Assembly: GCF_000315625.1 (NCBI RefSeq)
Contig: NW_005434560.1
Location: forward strand, 102,049 to 166,048
From: Guillardia theta CCMP2712
Lineage: Eukaryota; Protista; Cryptophyta
Reading direction: 5' to 3'
Length of the DNA: 64,000 nt
This document shows positions 21,601-30,752 of this stretch, in pieces. Within the stretch, counting starts at the first letter, position 1. Every line of letters begins with the position of its first letter. The position numbers were made by a program, and so were the translations under genes. The notes beneath the pieces were generated by a model that searched no databases, was not told the DNA's origin, and was given only the letters and a program-made list of their open reading frames with translations.

Positions 21601-23930
21601 GTCCGGCCCTTGTCCTGGATCACCAGCTCGCTCTGGCACGCCGCGTCGACCAGCATGATTGTCGTCGCCCACGCGGGTTCCTTGGGCAGCGTGTAGGAGA
21701 TTGTGTTCGTCAGCAGGATGTAGAGGAGGTTCAGGTTGCTGTTCTTAAGCCGGAAGACGCGATTGATCAGCTGTATGGTGCGCTGGAGGATCACAAGCGG
21801 CGTCTCCCACATACAGACGGAGGGGATGGCGCCCGCCTGCAGGATCTCGGTCAGCTGCGCCTCGAGCAGCTTTAGCACGCCGTCCTTCCCTGCGTCCTCC
21901 GCTAGCACCTTCAGCGCCCGCACCAGTCCGGCCTGCACGGGGGACTCGGAGACCGACGCCTGCTCGCTGATCCGATGGATTATCAGGTTCGCCGTCGAGA
22001 CCACCGAGGTATACTCCCTGCTCTTCAGCGCGATGTCGAGCATAACGGAGAACATGCGATTTGTGCTGTGGTGCTTCCCGATAGTCCGCAGGTAGGCGTC
22101 CTTGACCTCCATCCCGGGCTCATCGCGCTGCTCCTCCACGTTGGAGATCATGTAGAAGGCCCACCTCGCCTCCGGGGAGCGCAGGCTCTCCAGGTGATTG
22201 GCCGAGCAGCGCAGGTTCTGCATCTCCTCCCGGAAGGCGTTCGAAGCCGCCAGCCTCGGGTCGCAGATCACACGGAAGAGCGTCGCGAAGATGCAGTTGC
22301 GCGTCACGTCGCTGGGGGACAGGCCGTCCCTTAGCCAGTCCTCCCCCAGGTTCAGCGAGAAGGAGAACGTCGCAGGGGGGAGCGGGGCGCACACCACCTC
22401 CCCCCTCACCCCATCCTCGTTGCGCATGACGTACACACCACGGAAGAGCCCATCCACCTCCGCCACGATCTTGATCTGCTTCATCTTGGTGGTGGCCTTG
22501 CACTGGTTCATCTTCTGTTCGATGATCCCGACGTAGCGCTGCACATCCTTGTGGACGCAGCCGAGGACGACCCTGCCGAAGCCATCGGTGGCCACCGGCA
22601 CGTCACTGCTGATGATCTCGAGCTCCAGGCCCACCGACCAGTTGTAGAGCATCATGCAAAGGAAGGAAGGAGCCGTAATCCAGTGCATCATCGTCTTGAT
22701 ATCACTATCCGAGAGCATGTTCCCCTTGTTCAGGCACTTGACCATGCCGTCCAGGATCGACCACACCGACTTGCGCACCCGCGGCCCCAGAGAGTTCATC
22801 GACTCGATGAAGGCACTGTACGGATCCACCCCGCTCATGCTCCGGAGCAGCACCGATTGCGCTACAAAGATCTTCTCCACGTCGGAACTGTCCCGGCATC
22901 TCACCATCCGCATCTCCACAGAGGCGTCCAGGATCCCCTTGCTGATCACGAAATTCTGGTTGTTCTCCAGGAAGTTATCCACCACCAGCGTATAGTTCAG
23001 CGTGCTGGTGTTGTACGAGGCCGACAGCATATCCTTCATGTCGTCGGGGGAGAAGTTGTCGTCCTTCTCCATCTCTGCCAGCCGTTCGACATTCGACGCC
23101 TGTATGATCTCCTTGAGCTGGTAGTGGAGGCCCTCGATCTCCGAGCGGTTGAGCTTCACGCGCACCGAGTCCGCCTTGCTGCTCGCGTTGTCCCCCCGGT
23201 ACTTCATAAGCGTCGTGTTGGTCTGCACCGTGAAGTTGGTAAGGCAGTGGCTCTTCCCGCCCTCGCTGATGTTGTGCGCCACACGGATCACGTCCAGGAG
23301 CCCGGGGTGCAGGTCCACCCCCTCCGTAATCACGGTGAACATCATGCTCGGCCCATCCGTCTCGAAGTGAAGCTGGTGAAATCGGTTCAGCTTGTCGTAG
23401 CACGCGAGGGGCTTTGCACAGCTTCCACCGATGGTGAAATCAGAGGTGAACTTGTTCCCCCACAGGCAGCTCCCAAACTCGTTGTTCTGAAGACGGGATA
23501 TATCCTCGATCACGCTCAGGAACTCGATCCTGTCCCACTGGAACGGTGGGATGTCGAAGAAGCACTCCTCCACCGTCTCTTGAGTGAAGCCCTTCGGTAG
23601 CTGGTTTTCGTTGCAGACAAACTGATTCGTCTGGATGTGCAGGGCGCTGAGCTTGCTGACCTGGATTTCCCTCTCCTCTTCAACCGTGAGCTCGGGCACC
23701 TTCGTCGAATGCACCCCGTCGTCCAGGTCTGCCTTTCTCTTCGTCCCCCTGTTGCTGCTCAAAATTTTGTGATTGGGTCTCACTGGGATCGGGGCCATGG
23801 AAGCCAACCTCAGTGCCGCGCTGCTTATACTCACCCCAGTGCTCGAAGCGGCATCGTCTTCGGGAACCGAGCTCTGCGACAGCAGGGCAGCATCCCCCAT
23901 GCCCTCGCGTGGCGCTGCGACGGCTAACAT
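18642..23930 (-). CDS. Large protein (1762 aa) with a possible degenerate AAA+/MCM-like ATPase module
   Basis: Ordered elements: KRDSAGFNF (Walker-A-like, no Lys), LIFVSED (Walker-B-like), IMLIATN (sensor-1-like), SLAARLRF (Arg-finger-like). The CDS is certain but the function is tentative. Confidence 0.45.
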   Translation of the reverse strand: MLAVAAPREGMGDAALLSQSSVPEDDAASSTGVSISSAALRLASMAPIPVRPNHKILSSNRGTKRKADLDDGVHSTKVPELTVEEEREIQVSKLSALHIQTNQFVCNENQLPKGFTQETVEECFFDIPPFQWDRIEFLSVIEDISRLQNNEFGSCLWGNKFTSDFTIGGSCAKPLACYDKLNRFHQLHFETDGPSMMFTVITEGVDLHPGLLDVIRVAHNISEGGKSHCLTNFTVQTNTTLMKYRGDNASSKADSVRVKLNRSEIEGLHYQLKEIIQASNVERLAEMEKDDNFSPDDMKDMLSASYNTSTLNYTLVVDNFLENNQNFVISKGILDASVEMRMVRCRDSSDVEKIFVAQSVLLRSMSGVDPYSAFIESMNSLGPRVRKSVWSILDGMVKCLNKGNMLSDSDIKTMMHWITAPSFLCMMLYNWSVGLELEIISSDVPVATDGFGRVVLGCVHKDVQRYVGIIEQKMNQCKATTKMKQIKIVAEVDGLFRGVYVMRNEDGVRGEVVCAPLPPATFSFSLNLGEDWLRDGLSPSDVTRNCIFATLFRVICDPRLAASNAFREEMQNLRCSANHLESLRSPEARWAFYMISNVEEQRDEPGMEVKDAYLRTIGKHHSTNRMFSVMLDIALKSREYTSVVSTANLIIHRISEQASVSESPVQAGLVRALKVLAEDAGKDGVLKLLEAQLTEILQAGAIPSVCMWETPLVILQRTIQLINRVFRLKNSNLNLLYILLTNTISYTLPKEPAWATTIMLVDAACQSELVIQDKGRTRFLGVAGSKRDSAGFNFTQVCFEQMLSSPFLLAKTRSPDMVVSGANYTDGKKKRMGLTLALKNDQRVDPEDTVPLCEYGKLIFVSEDCHTLIQNTGQAKTFLREACSKKSDADGGAKTGENYNKKLMLMEEPRIMLIATNRKETEMGDVFSLAARLRFFESAAEDTCVPLRTSEQENHTRARLGSDAVTAVSTTSARFSLAHDLGHLLARADGRGKESVDLNLTRSRQNALLIVVQHACTAIAQLFTLSGFRLYCNENNCVSRMVQKEVNAVLFRILEPLLSSDVNEEDRFVRKQEGLMLSLAVPMHIQAIVLRKLLAQTMRGSTPDIDALVRDSIMELIFSDLSLHCMVSAYVSNVTYDSFMYVMMRCCIRKLELPTGYTLPLLVRLVEAGSIEGIDGATAQEVAALTALRVWVQHRMKFLVQTKDLYSTKPREVDSLMDSYLGIREHWTSAEGRSNFIADAGFFASGQMEDAEGEEAGKNIWKTIQGLLLGLPEVQNAFSSFRLRREMLSPELLQMLFGAKRLNRACMDTIFGRDGFKFVELLQALGVPAELVPAGWKKMSLHSALRDEGNRNSNIFNLVYVGRTSCVLAVNLIALVLLAPLFQTENLNILHQLQQKHTTCKAVEFAITRKVPRAYWPRGALPVLQVDHLGKWISFRLPDEEALPPHRWLFPRIHDIEWHGAQPRMKGNASSITPFFEEETAICGNMVGMAKRMREGMELTDDPIPFFDYLQMIDNFRTEGPEFLMPLDYDAFNLYVLVTPEGQYVLCKIIDDGAPQVDIYLFNVNQDFHMEREDVIRIPLSNMHTALMRLRAYPYPRIFCRRLVFAGRQYRDKYEGLEGRESIASFGVVLAPPGEMMLDYDGTYTVELYDLERDEPFTARLYVCNLHHVLVGELQRMILPASLLPRDKIFLPTHDEDGLVYVYHVPAERPSVCLGMSYCKDGEFEDSLETMLLEVHYRHLLEEGYAEETEDMVCDNVGFTTG

Positions 23931-24114
23931 GCCCGGATTACCGATTCGGGCGGGAAATAGGCACCGACGGGCCGTAAGCTCAAATCCAAAAAAAAGTATA
24001 AAAAAACGTTATGGGTCGCAACTATTTTTTTTGTAGCCGGATTGGAAGGTCGATCGCATCCGGAGTATTTACCCTCCCACGCCAATATACAAAGGAAAAA
24101 AAGAGCACGAGGAA

Positions 24115-24519
24115 ATGCACCTCACGCACACAGACAACCAGCAGAGGGTGGACCTTTGGAGGGGCGGGAGGGTGACGGACATTGAGATCTTCCTCGCAGC
24201 CAAGCCCTACCTGAACCGGAGGCTCGCGATTCACTATGGCGACGGGCAGTATGTGAGAGTTTTCGACGAGCCCGAGCTGAGCATAGTGAGCCGCATGCTC
24301 GCGGCCTACTACAACTTCGAGAGCGACCGGGTCGAAGATCCGCTTTCCGACCCCTTCTACAAATCGAGCCTGTGGAACACATGCGTCTTTGCTCAGGAGC
24401 CTGATGGCTCTATCATGCCAGTCGATGGCTCTAGGAAGAAGAACAGACAAGAGGAGGATGACCCAGGTGAGTCACAGGGGTGTATTTATTCCGAATGCGA
24501 CGAACACACATCGAAATAA
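24115..24519 (+). CDS. Hypothetical protein (134 aa)
   Basis: ATG ORF divergent from the 18642..23930 gene. Confidence 0.7.
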   Translation: MHLTHTDNQQRVDLWRGGRVTDIEIFLAAKPYLNRRLAIHYGDGQYVRVFDEPELSIVSRMLAAYYNFESDRVEDPLSDPFYKSSLWNTCVFAQEPDGSIMPVDGSRKKNRQEEDDPGESQGCIYSECDEHTSK

Positions 24520-24869
24520 TGGAGACGAGTATGGAGGCAGAGAGAGAGAGCGCGACAGACCTGGTGAGGGGAAAATTACACGATATCATGCTCCCCGCAG
24601 CCCCGCTCAAGACGACGCAGCTGCGCGAGAAGCTCATGGACCTCAACACAGACACCTCCAAGCGCGAGAAGCTCATGGACCTCAACACAGACACCTCCAA
24701 GATATGCCTAGAGTACCTCGATTCTTGCCAGAACGTCCGCATGATCGATCTCATGACCATATGCCACATCCTGAATAGGGAGCAGCTCTACATCCTCGAG
24801 GACGAAGAGTCCATCGTCGAGGAAGACTTCCTGCGGTCGCTGGAGAGCATCGTGTCCATCGCAGACTGA
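24519..24869 (+). CDS. Hypothetical acidic protein with a 13-aa internal duplication
   Basis: ATG overlaps the preceding TAA, TGTATTTA lies at 24481, and REKLMDLNTDTSK occurs twice. Confidence 0.7.
   Translation: METSMEAERESATDLVRGKLHDIMLPAAPLKTTQLREKLMDLNTDTSKREKLMDLNTDTSKICLEYLDSCQNVRMIDLMTICHILNREQLYILEDEESIVEEDFLRSLESIVSIAD
24623..24700. repeat. Perfect 39-bp tandem duplication
   Basis: gcgcgagaagctcatggacctcaacacagacacctccaa occurs twice. Confidence 0.95.
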
Positions 24870-24883
24870 CCAGATAAGCGCCC

Positions 24884-26113
24884 CTAAACGCTGAACACCG
24901 CCGACTGGGCGATCAGGATGATGGCCAGTGCTGCCTTGGAAGTCGTACTCAGGAGGTTGTAGACGTACTCCCGCAGGTAACCGTCGATCTTTGTCTCCTC
25001 CTTCTGGATGAAGTGGAAGTAGATCTGCGCCGCGGCGAAGGTGAAGAAAAGAACCAACTCGATAATATAGATAAGAATTGGATAGACTGTGTAGCTGCTG
25101 AGGTTTTTGTCATTGAGACAGTCGAAGATCCTCATGTAGTCTCCAAAGAGGTTGTTCCCGATGTAGAACCATATCATCACAAATAAGTACATCCCAAATA
25201 AGAAAGCCAATCCTTTCATGTAGTTCGTTATCTTCTTGAGGTCCTTTGGCTCCACACCCGGCATGCCCCATGCAGCATTCATCTCGACCCCGATCGTCCT
25301 GTAAGCCGGACTGACCACCGACCCCTTCTGCCACGGCATGTTGAAACGCACGGGGACGATGACCGCGCTCGTGCGGTCGGAGCCCCACGCTCCCCTGAAA
25401 GCCATCTCACTCCTCTCCATGTTACTATATTCTCCAGTATCGACCTTCTCATCCGGAACGCTTTGTGCCTCCCTGAAGAGACACTCCTTCGATGCCACGT
25501 AGTCCGCCGCCTCGACGACGTACCCCAGGAAGCACATCACCGACTGCGCCAGGGACACAAAGATCAGCACCCACACGTCCGTCGTCCCCGTGTAGAGGCA
25601 GATCACGACGATCATCGAGGAGGACGAGAGCGCGTACTCGATCCAGCGGTCGTAGCGGGGCAGGCCCTTCCGAAGCGGGTCAATGAATGCACCCATCATT
25701 ATCGCCCTGTCGAGGTGTGCCAAGATTGTGACGACGACGAAGAAGAGGATAAAGAAGCTGACGGGGAAGAAGGATGTCTCCACCACCCTGGGTTGGTACA
25801 TCCAGGGGTTGGAAGAGCCCCACCGCACCTCGTAAGGAGGCGGAGTATTGACACCACAGCGGTCTAAATCAGGATGGCTCCCCGCCTGCGGCACCGTGAT
25901 CAGGCTGGCATTCCACAGGAGCGGCACCGTGCGCGTCGTCGGGGGTGTGCGGATTCGATTCATCGCCAGAAGGACGATGAAAGCGATTAGAAGGAGTCCA
26001 TGAATGAACGCATTGAACAGATTGCGGTTTCTGGAGTACCGCAACCTATCCTCTTCTTTTACCCCTGCGCCCTCGAAAGCAAAGATCATCTTCAAATCAT
26101 TCCCCAACCCCAT
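24884..26113 (-). CDS. Heliorhodopsin with a long insertion between TM4 and TM5
   Basis: TM1 His (NAFIH), TM2 His (ILAH), RWIEYALSSSSMIVVI (TM3 counterion motif), FLGYVVE (TM4), and EYVYNLLSTTSKAALA (TM7 SxxxK retinal lysine). Confidence 0.9.
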   Translation of the reverse strand: MGLGNDLKMIFAFEGAGVKEEDRLRYSRNRNLFNAFIHGLLLIAFIVLLAMNRIRTPPTTRTVPLLWNASLITVPQAGSHPDLDRCGVNTPPPYEVRWGSSNPWMYQPRVVETSFFPVSFFILFFVVVTILAHLDRAIMMGAFIDPLRKGLPRYDRWIEYALSSSSMIVVICLYTGTTDVWVLIFVSLAQSVMCFLGYVVEAADYVASKECLFREAQSVPDEKVDTGEYSNMERSEMAFRGAWGSDRTSAVIVPVRFNMPWQKGSVVSPAYRTIGVEMNAAWGMPGVEPKDLKKITNYMKGLAFLFGMYLFVMIWFYIGNNLFGDYMRIFDCLNDKNLSSYTVYPILIYIIELVLFFTFAAAQIYFHFIQKEETKIDGYLREYVYNLLSTTSKAALAIILIAQSAVFSV

Positions 26114-26194
26114 GTGGTCACCTGCGATCCCTTCCTTCCCCACACTTACCCAAGCCCGCGTTTTATATGAAGTGAGTAACTCACAATACCCTCC

Positions 26195-27658
26195 TCAGTC
26201 AATCTTGAGCCCCGCGCTGAAGTCCACCGTTGGGAGCACCGCGTTAATCGGCTGGGAGAAGGCGAAATGCTGGTTGCCGCTCTGGTGCCCCTGCTGCTCC
26301 AGTCGTCTCCTCCGGAAGTCGTCGAACTCCGACCCAGTAGGGTCGTAGTTGAAGACCGAGCCCACCATCATGATGAACTGGAGGGTAAGCACACTGCTGA
26401 GGAAGTAGAGGTGAGGGTACGTGTTGACGTGGCCGGAAACCCCCGGAGCGAAGAGCCTCTCCCTGTGGCCGAGCGCCGCGTCCTGGTCCCTGAACAAGAA
26501 GAGCAGCAGCGCGGTCATCTGGAGGGCGAGGTTCATTAGGATGTAAATCGGCACTGTCATCGGGTATTTCGTCAGCGGGAAGTGCTGGTACCCATAGTCA
26601 CCCAGGGCCTGAAGCAAGAAGCAGACCACCAGGGACCCGTTCATGATCCCGAACACGAGATAGAATTGGTTCCAGATCCCATAGCGGTCACCCGTTTCGG
26701 CCATCCAGGGCGTTGACCTCACGTCACACACCACCGTGCCGTGATTGGCCGCCATCTGCAGCAGCAGTGTCATCGCCGTGAGGTGGAAAGTGAAGCTCGT
26801 GTGGACGAAGACGCGGTTGCCCCTCGCCCTCATGGTCGTCGCGGCGGAGAGGAAAAAGTAGAGCAGCACGATGATGGTCAGCAGCACCGTCCAGAGTACA
26901 AAATAAAGGTCCTGCCACGGAAACATGACCGGGAACAGCAGCTTGGCCAGCTGCTCGTTCACCGAGAGCGTATCTCTCGCCCCTATGACCAGAGAGCCGT
27001 AGAAGATCCATATGACGGTCACCGCCAACACCGCCGTCAGCGCCCCGTTGACGACGGACTGGAAGCGGTGGTCTGTGATCTTCATCTTGTTTTCGACGAA
27101 TGTGGCCAGCACCATGCCTACCACCATCAGCGCCGTGGCCAACGCGACCGAGCCCAGCGCCCAGAACGTCAGCGTGGGCACCGAGCCCGTGGGGTTGCTG
27201 GTGAAGCCACCCAGGGCAGTAAAGGTGGCATATGTGAAGAGCACCAAGACAGAGATCTCCACCACCCATACAAAGATCCGAGAGGGGGCGAAGGTGCGGT
27301 TGACCTTGTCCAGCGCCTCATCTAGTTTCATCTCCTCTTTCTCCATACCCAGCTCGTCATCCATGGAAGGATCATTGATGGGGGCATTCATGGGAGCATT
27401 CAAAGGAGTGTTCAAAGGAGTATTCATGGAGGTCATAAGAACCCTGTCCCGAGGGCGCCGGATCCTTGGAAACAGCGCACCGAGGTTGGACTTCATGGGA
27501 TCTTCGGACAGGGTCGTTTCCGGCTGGGGCGGGGTGTTCCGTTTTCGGGTGTACTGTAAGGGAATGCGTAGCACGCCAGGTGACGTCGGGTGCGACCTTC
27601 GGCGGAGGACCAGTTTCCCGGGCACCACCTCCTCGCGCGGGAGCCCACCACCCTGCAT
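26195..27658 (-). CDS. Multi-pass membrane protein (start uncertain, likely ~27496 or later)
   Basis: About 8-9 hydrophobic segments, with NTPL/NAPM/NAPI short repeats near the N-terminus. Confidence 0.75.
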   Translation of the reverse strand: MQGGGLPREEVVPGKLVLRRRSHPTSPGVLRIPLQYTRKRNTPPQPETTLSEDPMKSNLGALFPRIRRPRDRVLMTSMNTPLNTPLNAPMNAPINDPSMDDELGMEKEEMKLDEALDKVNRTFAPSRIFVWVVEISVLVLFTYATFTALGGFTSNPTGSVPTLTFWALGSVALATALMVVGMVLATFVENKMKITDHRFQSVVNGALTAVLAVTVIWIFYGSLVIGARDTLSVNEQLAKLLFPVMFPWQDLYFVLWTVLLTIIVLLYFFLSAATTMRARGNRVFVHTSFTFHLTAMTLLLQMAANHGTVVCDVRSTPWMAETGDRYGIWNQFYLVFGIMNGSLVVCFLLQALGDYGYQHFPLTKYPMTVPIYILMNLALQMTALLLFLFRDQDAALGHRERLFAPGVSGHVNTYPHLYFLSSVLTLQFIMMVGSVFNYDPTGSEFDDFRRRRLEQQGHQSGNQHFAFSQPINAVLPTVDFSAGLKID

Positions 27659-27734
27659 TTCATGTCTACACTTACTTTACTAATTTTAATAGGCACACAC
27701 CCACGTTAGCAACACACAAGTTACACAAATCAAA

Positions 27735-28784
27735 TTATACACAGGACTTGACACACTCCTTGACTGTCTCCATCGCCCGGAACGCATACTGTTCGCACTC
27801 GAGCGTCCAATGCAGGCGGCTCTTGAAGGACACACGGACGCACAGGATGCCCCTCCGCGTCAGGGTGCAGTTGAATGTACTGCAGTTGTCGACCCACTTG
27901 CGCGGGAGGTCGGGGAACATGCCGGGCATGTCCTGCACGCTGAAGATGATGACGTTGTAGTGCTGCTCGGTGCGGCACATGAACCGGACGCAGTCGGGCC
28001 ATCGCATGTTGAACAGGCGCTGCAGCATGCCCATCTCCGAAGTGTCCACATACCGGCCGACGTGGCAGTTGGCCCCGATCATGTTGACGGTGATGACGGG
28101 CTCCGAGCACAGCTCCTCCACCAGCGAAGACTGCAGCGTCGCAACGACATCCCGGGTGCTCCTGAACCCCCTGAAGAGCACGCTGGGCATCCCATCCTGA
28201 TGCTGCAGGTTGCCGCTCAGGTGGTAGAGGTTGGACATGCGCCCGAAGCAGTTGACGTACACATCCAGGCACGCCCTGTACTCCGGCTTGAAGACGTCCT
28301 TCGTCTTGATGTTCGTGCTGCAGGAAACACCCCGAAGGTCCATCTTCCCACTCATGTTGTGGACGCGGAAGGATGACTCCTCCTGGTGGAAGTACTGGCT
28401 CGTCATGAGATCGTAGAAAGGGCCCCAGGCGACCAGGGCCTGCGGAACATCCCCGTTGCTGAACCCACCGGTCATATCGATGTCCAGGCCCACCGTGTAG
28501 CCATCCTTACCCTCGGAGCCCTGCACCGTCGCCTGCAACTGCAGGCCGCCCACCTCCACGCGGAAGGCCGTCGCGTCACCCCTGGCCCACACCCTCCTGT
28601 AGATCCTCATCGTCCCCCCCATGTTGAAGACGAGGACGTATTGCGCGTTCTTGCCCTGCGCATCCACCTTCCGCTCACTGTGGCTGGTCTTCAGGCGCTT
28701 CCGAAAACATGACCTCGCGGACAACCTTGTCATATCGGAGGCAAGATCCAAGGAAGCACCGAGACGCACAGTTCCACCTCGCAT
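27735..28784 (-). CDS. Divergent TATA-binding-protein-like protein
   Basis: SVLFRGFRSTRDVVATLQ resembles the TBP 'KMVCTGAKSEE' helix, VITVNMIGANCHVG resembles 'FKIQNMVGSCDV', and CTLTRRGILCV resembles 'LLIFVSGKVVL'. Recognised by eye only. Confidence 0.5.
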   Translation of the reverse strand: MRGGTVRLGASLDLASDMTRLSARSCFRKRLKTSHSERKVDAQGKNAQYVLVFNMGGTMRIYRRVWARGDATAFRVEVGGLQLQATVQGSEGKDGYTVGLDIDMTGGFSNGDVPQALVAWGPFYDLMTSQYFHQEESSFRVHNMSGKMDLRGVSCSTNIKTKDVFKPEYRACLDVYVNCFGRMSNLYHLSGNLQHQDGMPSVLFRGFRSTRDVVATLQSSLVEELCSEPVITVNMIGANCHVGRYVDTSEMGMLQRLFNMRWPDCVRFMCRTEQHYNVIIFSVQDMPGMFPDLPRKWVDNCSTFNCTLTRRGILCVRVSFKSRLHWTLECEQYAFRAMETVKECVKSCV

Positions 28785-29084
28785 CCTCCACCGTCACAAG
28801 GGCACCGGTCGGGTTGAAGAGGGAGAAGTGGACCGGCTCGGAAACCAGCACCTCCACCACGCTCAGCTCACCGCGTGGCGCCAGGACGATGCGATGCAGC
28901 CCCACCCAGCGGAGGATCTGCCCCTGCAATTCCATAGGGGCGCAACGCGCGTTACCCCTCCCTGCACGCCGCCCCTCCCAGCACCCCTCCCCTACTTTTT
29001 TTTTACCAAACCAAACCCGACCAAAAAAAAAAGCGCGGGAAAGCGGGCCCGTGAAGGGTTCCTTGGCGCCCAACCCATGGGGGG

Positions 29085-29438
29085 ATGCGGTCTTTTGTGA
29101 TCTTCCTTTGCATGTGCCTTCTGTGTGCTCCATCCAGAAGCTGCCACGTCCTGGTCAAGGGCATATCGACGGTCCTGCGCGAGAACATCGTCTACAGCAA
29201 GCGTGAAATGCGCCAGTGTCTGAACCATATCATCCACTGCCCGCACTGGCACCGCAACTGCAAGGAGAACGCACACCACCAGAGGGTGCTGCTGCAGCCA
29301 GAGAGCATCGACTTCCTCGTGAAATCGGGATTGTATGCAGAGCTCATGGAGCTGGGTATCCGGGGAGGGCATCCTTCCCCGAATTGTGACAAGCCCCTTT
29401 CACACTGCAGGCCTCCCCAGGGCCCGTCCCCCGCCTAG
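29085..29438 (+). CDS. Small protein with N-terminal hydrophobic segment
   Basis: ATG ORF with a signal-like N-terminus and Cys/His residues. Confidence 0.5.
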   Translation: MRSFVIFLCMCLLCAPSRSCHVLVKGISTVLRENIVYSKREMRQCLNHIIHCPHWHRNCKENAHHQRVLLQPESIDFLVKSGLYAELMELGIRGGHPSPNCDKPLSHCRPPQGPSPA

Positions 29439-30080
29439 GGTCCAGGCGGGCATCGCCAGGCGGTTGGCGTGGAGGTTCTGACCTATGTGTAACGACGCGT
29501 TCGTGGTCTTCTTGTCTTCCGCCTTCACGTCGGTCTTGGGAGAATGGCTGGGAGAATGATTGCCCAGAAGGAATACCATCAGCACCCCAGACACCGATAT
29601 CACCAGCAGGACCTGGAACACGACGAGCTCCACCTCCCGCATGTTCTGCCGCGTCACGAACCTCCTGCTCACCGGGTCGTACACCACCTGCACGTCGTTG
29701 TAGAAGTCGGCGTCGTGCAGCGTCTGCGAGTGGAAGTTCCCCATGACTGCCAGGAGTACCAGCCTCACCAACTCCCCGTCATGGAAGAGACTCGCGTTGC
29801 GGATGTCCTCCAAACTGCCCAACGAGGAGAAGTTCCCGGAAATCGACAGCAGCTCCCCGTACACCGCGGAGAGCACCACCGGGTCGACGGAGCTCTGCAC
29901 CGTGCTCCCGTCCCGCACCACGAAGATCCTCTGCACCTCCGACACCACCACGGGGGACAGAGTGCCGAAGAAGAACGACGGGGTTGCCTGCGATGCAGCA
30001 CCGGAGTCGACAGAGAGGCAGAGCAAAAGCAGAATAAAGAAACCTTGCATCCACACCAAACAAAATACATCAAGTTGCAT
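29400..30080 (-). CDS. Type I membrane protein (signal peptide plus C-terminal TM)
   Basis: Hydrophobic N-terminus (MQGFFILLLLCL from 30050) and TM VFQVLLVISVSGVLMVFLL. Confidence 0.75.
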   Translation of the reverse strand: MQLDVFCLVWMQGFFILLLLCLSVDSGAASQATPSFFFGTLSPVVVSEVQRIFVVRDGSTVQSSVDPVVLSAVYGELLSISGNFSSLGSLEDIRNASLFHDGELVRLVLLAVMGNFHSQTLHDADFYNDVQVVYDPVSRRFVTRQNMREVELVVFQVLLVISVSGVLMVFLLGNHSPSHSPKTDVKAEDKKTTNASLHIGQNLHANRLAMPAWTLGGGRALGRPAV

Positions 30081-30142
30081 CCTATTTGGCTTAAATGCGG
30101 GCTGCCATATAAGATGTTATTATGGGCGTGAGGTAAAGGAAG

Positions 30143-30385
30143 ATGGACCCACCTACTGCAGAACCAGTCTATCCACCCCAACAACTAATGATTCACAACC
30201 ATCACATTTACCATCACACGGTTGACCAGTCTCATGAAAACAGCAATGTTCTCCTTCAATCCATCTTATGTTGTCTCTTCTTTGGCTGTCCATGGAATTT
30301 GCTCCTTTGCCAAGCGGAACCCACCAGGAGACGTACAATCTCGGTGCATCAAACTCACTATAATCAATACCCGCACAATCAATAA
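30143..30385 (+). CDS. Small Pro/His-rich protein with a Cys-rich hydrophobic segment (CYSTM-like)
   Basis: Upstream CATATAAG, the segment ILCCLFFGC, and AATAAA overlapping the stop. Confidence 0.55.
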   Translation: MDPPTAEPVYPPQQLMIHNHHIYHHTVDQSHENSNVLLQSILCCLFFGCPWNLLLCQAEPTRRRTISVHQTHYNQYPHNQ

Positions 30386-30490
30386 AAAAAGAGTATATCC
30401 ACCTACATCGTTGTCCCATTCCTTGCCCACCCCATCCCTCACCCTCCCTCCAACACGTCTTCGCAGCCTAGGCCAGAGAGGCGGGGCCCA

Positions 30491-30721
30491 GTGAACCCCA
30501 TCCTGCGCCACCTGCTCACCGAAGCCTCCGGGATCAAGAGCGCCAGGGTCGAGGAGCACGTCAGGCTCGTCCAGGAGCGCAAGCGACAGGAACTCCGCGA
30601 CTACGTCATCGTCTGCATCCAGAGGCTCGACCCCCAGAGGCCCTCCCTCCTCCCGCCTCCCGACCACCACTCCAACGTGCACGCCATCATGGAGGAGACG
30701 CTCCGGAGGTGGAAGGATTAA
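30491..30721 (+). CDS. Hypothetical protein, no in-frame ATG (GTG start or spliced 5' end)
   Basis: Strong C/G third-position bias like neighbouring real genes. Confidence 0.5.
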   Translation: MNPILRHLLTEASGIKSARVEEHVRLVQERKRQELRDYVIVCIQRLDPQRPSLLPPPDHHSNVHAIMEETLRRWKD

Positions 30722-30752
30722 TAGAGAATAAGACAAGAAGACACCACAGGAA

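Noticed and set aside
30430-30491. Possible second orphan acceptor (CTCAC...TTCGCAG at 30466) before the ATG-less ORF 30491
   Set aside because: The region is generally C-rich, the branch match is weak and a GTG start is possible. Insufficient without RNA data.
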